From: Actinomycetota bacterium
Lineage (GTDB): Bacteria > Actinomycetota > Actinomycetes > Streptosporangiales > Streptosporangiaceae
Direction: 5' to 3'
Assembly (NCBI GenBank): GCA_048498315.1
Contig: JBEHYF010000009.1
Span: 1,884-65,883 of the forward strand
Length of the DNA stretch: 64,000 bases
Below are positions 58,651-64,000 of this stretch, piece after piece. The stretch's first letter is position 1. The number at the start of each line of letters is the position of its first letter. The translations under genes were made by a program, and so were the position numbers. The notes under the pieces are model-generated. The model had not been told where the DNA came from. It did no database searches and was given only the letters and a program-made list of their open reading frames with translations.

Positions 58651-60929
58651 GGGCCACGCCCGACGCCGCCCTGCTGGCCGGCACCGTCGGCCCGCTCGCG
58701 GCGGGCGGCGCCTGCTTCCTCCTCGGCCTGACCGGCCCGGCGAACGCCCTGTGGGCCGCGGCGACGATCCTCGCGCTCGGCCCGGCGGTGTGGTGGGTGG
58801 TCGACGCGCTGCGGCACCGGCGCCTCGGCGTGGACGCGATCGCGGTGCTCGCGCTCGCGGGCGCGCTCGTGGTCCGCGAGTACTTCGCCGGTGCCCTGAT
58901 CGCGGTCATGCTGACCTCCGGCCGGGCGCTGGAGGGGTACGCGAGCCGCCGCGCCCGGCGCGACCTGCGCGCGCTGCTCGAACGCACGCCGCGGTGGGCG
59001 TACCGCCGTGACGGCGCGGCGGTCGAACGGGTGCCGCTGGAGACCGTGGCGCGCGGCGACCGGCTGCTGGTGCCGGCCGGCGAGGTCGTCCCGGTCGACG
59101 GGGTGGTCGAGCGCGGCCCGGCCGTGCTGGACGAGTCGGCGCTGACCGGCGAGGCCCTGCCGGTGGAGCGCCGGGCGGGCACGGCGGTGCGCAGCGGCAC
59201 GGTCAACGCCGGGCACGCCTTCGATCTGCGCGCGACCGGGACCGCCGCGGACAGCACGTACGCCGGGGTGGTGCGGCTCGCGCGCGAGGCACAGGCCGGC
59301 AACGCCCCGACGGTGCGGCTCGCCGACCGGTTCGCCGCGCTGTTCCTGCCGCTGACGCTGGCCGTCGCGGGCGCCGCCTGGGCCGCATCCGGGCAGCTCG
59401 TGCGGGCGGTGGCCGTCCTGGTCGTCGCGACGCCCTGCCCGCTGCTGCTGGCCGCGCCGGCCGCGATCGTGGCGGGCCTGTCCCGCACGGCGCGGCACGG
59501 CGTCGTCGTCAAGGGCGGCGCCGCGCTGGAGACGCTGGGACGGGCGCGCACGCTGATCCTCGACAAGACCGGCACGCTGACCGCCGGCCGGCCCGAGGTC
59601 GCCGACGTCGTCGCGGCGCCGGGCACCGATCCCGGCGAGATGCTCCAGCTGGCCGCGGCCGTGGACCAGATGTCCTCGCACGTGCTCGCCGAGGCCGTCG
59701 TACGGGCCGCGCACCGCCGCGGGATCGGCCTGCCGCCGCCCCGCGACGTGCGGGAGGTGCCGGGGCTGGGGGCGCGCGGCGTCGTGGACGGGCACGAGGT
59801 CACGGTCGGCAAGGCGGTCTCGGCGCCGGCGCCGTGGGCGGTCGCGGTGCGCGCGCGGGCCGCCCTGGACGGCGCGATGACCGTGTGGGTGGGCGTCGAC
59901 GGCGAATCGCGCGGCGTGATCCTGCTCCGCGACGCCGTGCGGCCCGACGCGGCCCGCACGCTGCGGCGGCTGCGCGCGGCGGGCATCCGGCGGATCGTGA
60001 TGCTGACCGGCGACCGGGCCGACGTGGCCGAGAGCGTCGCCACCGTACTGGGCGTCGACCGGGTGCTGGCCGAGCAGCCGCCGGACGCCAAGGTGCGGGC
60101 GGTGCGCGAGGAGGAGTCGGTCACCGCGATGGTCGGCGACGGGATCAACGACGCGCCGGCGCTGGCGGCGGCCGACGTCGGCGTGGCGATGGGCGCCCGC
60201 GGCACGGCCGCGTCGTCCGAGGCCGCCGACGTGGTGATCACCGCGGACCGGCTCGAGCGGCTGGCCGATGCGATGGACGTCGCCCGCCGGGCGCGGCGCA
60301 TCGCGGTGCAGAGCGCGGGCGCCGGCATGGCGCTGTCGCTGGCGGCCATGGGCGGGGCGGCGTTCGGCTTCATACCGCCGGCGGCGGGCGCCGTGCTGCA
60401 GGAGCTGATCGACGTCGCGGTGATCTTCAACGCGCTGCGTGCCCTGCGCGAGGGCCGCGGCACCCGCGCGGCGCTGGACGCCGACACGGACGCGTTGCTG
60501 CGCCGCTTCGACGAGGAGCACGCGACGCTACGCCCGGCGCTGGAGGACATCCGGTCGGCCGCCGACGCGCTGGGCGGCACGCCGTGCCCGGACGTCCTCG
60601 ACCGGCTCCGCGCGGTGCACCGGTTCCTCGCCGTCGACCTGCTGCCGCACGAGCGCGCGGAGGAGACCCGTCTGTACCCGGCGCTGGCGCGGGCGCTGGG
60701 CGGCCCCGAGGTGACGACCACCATGAGCCGCGCGCACGCCGAGATCGAGCGGCTCGTCCGCCGCCTGGGCCGGCACCTGGACCTGGCCCGCGCCGACGGC
60801 CTGGATCCGGCCCGGCTGGACGACCTGCGCGCCTGCCTGTACGGCCTGCACGCCGTACTCACCCTGCACTTCGCCCAGGAGGAGGAGGCCTACTTCTCCC
60901 TCACGGCCGGCGCGCCCGCCTCATCCTGA
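58647..60929 (+). CDS. Heavy-metal P1B-5-type ATPase with C-terminal hemerythrin domain
   Basis: LTGE, TPCP (TM), DKTGTLT, GDGINDAP, QELID (QExxD); C-terminal H..HxxxE..H..HxxxE hemerythrin pattern; ATGA overlap with GH65. Confidence 0.9.
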   Translation: MRATPDAALLAGTVGPLAAGGACFLLGLTGPANALWAAATILALGPAVWWVVDALRHRRLGVDAIAVLALAGALVVREYFAGALIAVMLTSGRALEGYASRRARRDLRALLERTPRWAYRRDGAAVERVPLETVARGDRLLVPAGEVVPVDGVVERGPAVLDESALTGEALPVERRAGTAVRSGTVNAGHAFDLRATGTAADSTYAGVVRLAREAQAGNAPTVRLADRFAALFLPLTLAVAGAAWAASGQLVRAVAVLVVATPCPLLLAAPAAIVAGLSRTARHGVVVKGGAALETLGRARTLILDKTGTLTAGRPEVADVVAAPGTDPGEMLQLAAAVDQMSSHVLAEAVVRAAHRRGIGLPPPRDVREVPGLGARGVVDGHEVTVGKAVSAPAPWAVAVRARAALDGAMTVWVGVDGESRGVILLRDAVRPDAARTLRRLRAAGIRRIVMLTGDRADVAESVATVLGVDRVLAEQPPDAKVRAVREEESVTAMVGDGINDAPALAAADVGVAMGARGTAASSEAADVVITADRLERLADAMDVARRARRIAVQSAGAGMALSLAAMGGAAFGFIPPAAGAVLQELIDVAVIFNALRALREGRGTRAALDADTDALLRRFDEEHATLRPALEDIRSAADALGGTPCPDVLDRLRAVHRFLAVDLLPHERAEETRLYPALARALGGPEVTTTMSRAHAEIERLVRRLGRHLDLARADGLDPARLDDLRACLYGLHAVLTLHFAQEEEAYFSLTAGAPASS

Positions 60930-61320
60930 CGTACGCCACGCCCGTGTCGCGTACCGCCGATCACGCATCGCCGGTCTGGCGACACCGCGGGTTCGGCGCC
61001 GCACGCCGGGGCATCGGCATCGATCCGGGTCGCCCACGGCCCCACCGGAGAGCTCGCATCCGGCCGGTGGACCCGGTGGCGGGATCGAGCGTCGCGGGGC
61101 CTGCCCCGCGCCACGTCTGATCGCCATGGGCGGCCGGACGGGAAGCGGCGTGCGTCATGAGCGGGACCCGCCGACCCTCATCGGCCGTATCCGCTCCCGG
61201 CCGGCCGTGCGGCATGGCCGTCCCCGGGCGCGGACTCGCCCGAGGGCGACCATCTCCGCAGGCAGATCTCCCGGCGCCACGGCCGGCCGTCGCAACGTCC
61301 ATCCAGGAGACCGATCTGTT

Positions 61321-61464
61321 TGCGAAAGATTTCGCATCATATGTGCCGCCGAACCGGCCTTTCATCGTTTTTCAGGCGAACGCTTCGCCGCCATACATCA
61401 AGGATGGCCATGTCATCGACGTTTCGGCGGGACGCGAGGCCATCGAGACGACCGAAATGTTTCG
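61321..61464. promoter_or_regulatory. BxlR-type boxes TGCGAAAGATTTCGCA (61321-61336), GGCGAACGCTTCGCC (61375-61389), CGAAATGTTTCG (61453-61464)
   Basis: Three CGAA-Nx-TTCG inverted repeats upstream of the xylanase. Confidence 0.7.
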
Positions 61465-61471
61465 AAATTAA

Positions 61472-62611
<1,140 letters not shown>

Positions 62612-62638
62612 CACCGGACACCGGAAGCACCGCACCCA

Positions 62639-62667
62639 TGGCGCGGCGGCCCCCCGGTCGCCGCGCC
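62639..62667 (+). terminator. Hairpin after xlnB (13-bp stem, 3-nt loop)
   Basis: TGGCGCGGCGGCC-CCC-GGTCGCCGCGCCA. Confidence 0.55.
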
Positions 62668-62840
62668 ACGCTGCCGTCCGTCGGCAGCCATCCGCGCGGC
62701 CGGAACGGCCTTCCCGTCCGGCCGGCGGGAGATGCGGCCTCGTCGGCCGCACCGGCGTCCCGGCGGTAGCCGGCGGCCGCCCGCAGCCGGACCCCTCGCC
62801 CTCGGCCTGAACCTTCGGGGTCGGCCGACTGGTTGAGCGG

Positions 62841-63134
62841 CGGATCGCGCAGATAGTTGGTCGCGCCGAGCACGGTCTCCCGGTACACGCGCGGTGCCCT
62901 GGGCCGCAGGTTCTCCCGCCAGGGATATCCCGCCAGCAGGATGTTGCCGAGGACGTCGACGAGGTCGCGGACCTTGACCAGCGCGTCGTCCAAGTCCCGA
63001 CCCATCGGCCTGTGCTGCTGGTCGCTGCTGGTGTACTCGGCCAGGGCCGCGAGCAGGTTCTCATGCAGCGACGCGTACCCCACCATCAGCCCGTCCTGCT
63101 TGTTGCGGAAGGTGCGGTTCACCCGGGCGAGCAG
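62841..63134 (-). pseudogene. hsdR: Internal relic of type I restriction enzyme R subunit
   Basis: LLARVNRTFRNKQDGLMVGY...NLLAALAEYT (helicase motif VI region of HsdR); in-frame stop directly upstream, homology fades after YLRDP. Confidence 0.7.
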
Positions 63135-63379
63135 CCATCAATCGGCATCTGCTCTGGAGAGACTCTAGACCTTCCCCCCGCAGGACGTTGGGCGACCTGC
63201 TGATAACCCGGCTTATCGGAGCTATCGCGTCAACGAAGAATGTGTGTCGTCCGAGTCAGGCGACAAGTCCGTTACTGCTGCGCTTGAGCGGTGTCCGGTA
63301 TGGTCAGACTTACCGTCAAGGAACGGCACGGGCGGGGCTAGCGTCGTCATTCCCGCGACTGATCGCAAGGTTGGGACCG

Positions 63380-64000
63380 ATGGCCTTTGACCGCATCGCC
63401 GCCGGCTCCGACGCGGACGGCGAAAAGGCGGGCGAAGAGCCAACCGGCCGGCGACGGCCGTCTCCACCGGACCGCCCCGGCGTCGAGGGTTTCGCCTCAC
63501 GCGCCGACAGCCGCCATGGCGCAGCCGCCGCCAACGCCACGGAACGCCAGGAGCCGGGCGCCCAAGCCACCACCGACCGGCCAGATGACGCCCGCCGTTC
63601 CGAGAATAAGGCCGACGCAACCGACGACCAGGCACCGGATGCACAGGAAACGCGGCGAGACAATACTCGCGCGACCCCGACAGTCGACGGACCTGGAAAT
63701 ACAACCCGACGATACCAGGTCGACTATCCGATCGACCAGTCCGTTCGAGACGACAGAGGGTCGGAGTCAGAAATCCCCAAGTTCAGCCCGGAGCAACTCA
63801 GTCGCCTGCGGGAGACCGAAAACGCGATCCGTGGTATCGCGGAGAGGTATGGCGTCAGCGTCGACTACACCAGCCATCCGATCGATCCGGCCAATGCCGT
63901 GGAGCTCAACAAGGCAATAGCACGGATGGCTCGCGAGTATCCGGTTGTTTTCCGCCAGGTCGGGAACATCAAGACACTTGACTCCCACAGCATGGCCGAA
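63380..64000 (+). CDS. Hypothetical protein, 5' part only (open to window end); low-complexity N-terminus then a globular domain
   Basis: Hand translation is stop-free for 207 codons: MAFDRIAAGSDADGEK...PPDRPGVEGFASRADSRHGAAAAN...IPKFSPEQLSRLRETENAIRGIAERYGVSVDY...; absent from the ORF track because it has no stop. Confidence 0.7.
   Translation, partial: MAFDRIAAGSDADGEKAGEEPTGRRRPSPPDRPGVEGFASRADSRHGAAAANATERQEPGAQATTDRPDDARRSENKADATDDQAPDAQETRRDNTRATPTVDGPGNTTRRYQVDYPIDQSVRDDRGSESEIPKFSPEQLSRLRETENAIRGIAERYGVSVDYTSHPIDPANAVELNKAIARMAREYPVVFRQVGNIKTLDSHSMAE

Overview
High-GC actinobacterial chromosome segment (Streptomyces/Streptosporangiales-like gene content; the taxon is an inference). 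No rRNA, tRNA, CRISPR array or intact mobile element was seen. Contents in order: (1) 1-12.4 kb: sugar-catabolic operon (GMC oxidoreductase, ABC transporter, GH88, aldehyde dehydrogenase, enoyl-CoA hydratase, CoA-transferase, anhydrofructose-reductase-like oxidoreductase) under two tandem LacI paralogs that share an operator. (2) 12.4-15.2 kb: FAH-family plus IlvD/Edd sugar-acid dehydratases. (3) 16.4-19.7 kb and 61.3-62.7 kb: xylan regulon (BxlR-like LacI, SGNH esterase, decayed CE4 esterase, GH11 xylanase) tied together by CGAAA-N2-TTTCG boxes. (4) 20.5-27 kb and 47.5-61 kb: two DosR/DevR-like hypoxia/dormancy islands (USP, FtsH, Prs, CBS proteins, DevS-like kinase, P2 and P1B-5 ATPases, GH65) with GGGAC-N4-GTCCC boxes and several gene relics. 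(5) 28.2-35.5 kb: 4-oxalomesaconate (GalB/GalC) module with an ABC importer and an uncharacterised amidohydrolase, but no ring-cleavage dioxygenase. (6) 38.7-43.8 kb: cryptic GTP-derived pterin/ribityl-pyrimidine glycoside cluster (GTP cyclohydrolase II-RibD reductase fusion, atypical PTPS-fold protein, atypical MDR dehydrogenase, two interlocked GT4s), driven by back-to-back SigB/SigF-type promoters. This is the best candidate for an undescribed system. (7) 62.8-64 kb: HsdR relic and the start of a compositionally foreign ORF. Family assignments come from recognising motifs by eye, not from database searches. Many start codons were trimmed from the ORF track using RBS position and stop/start overlaps.
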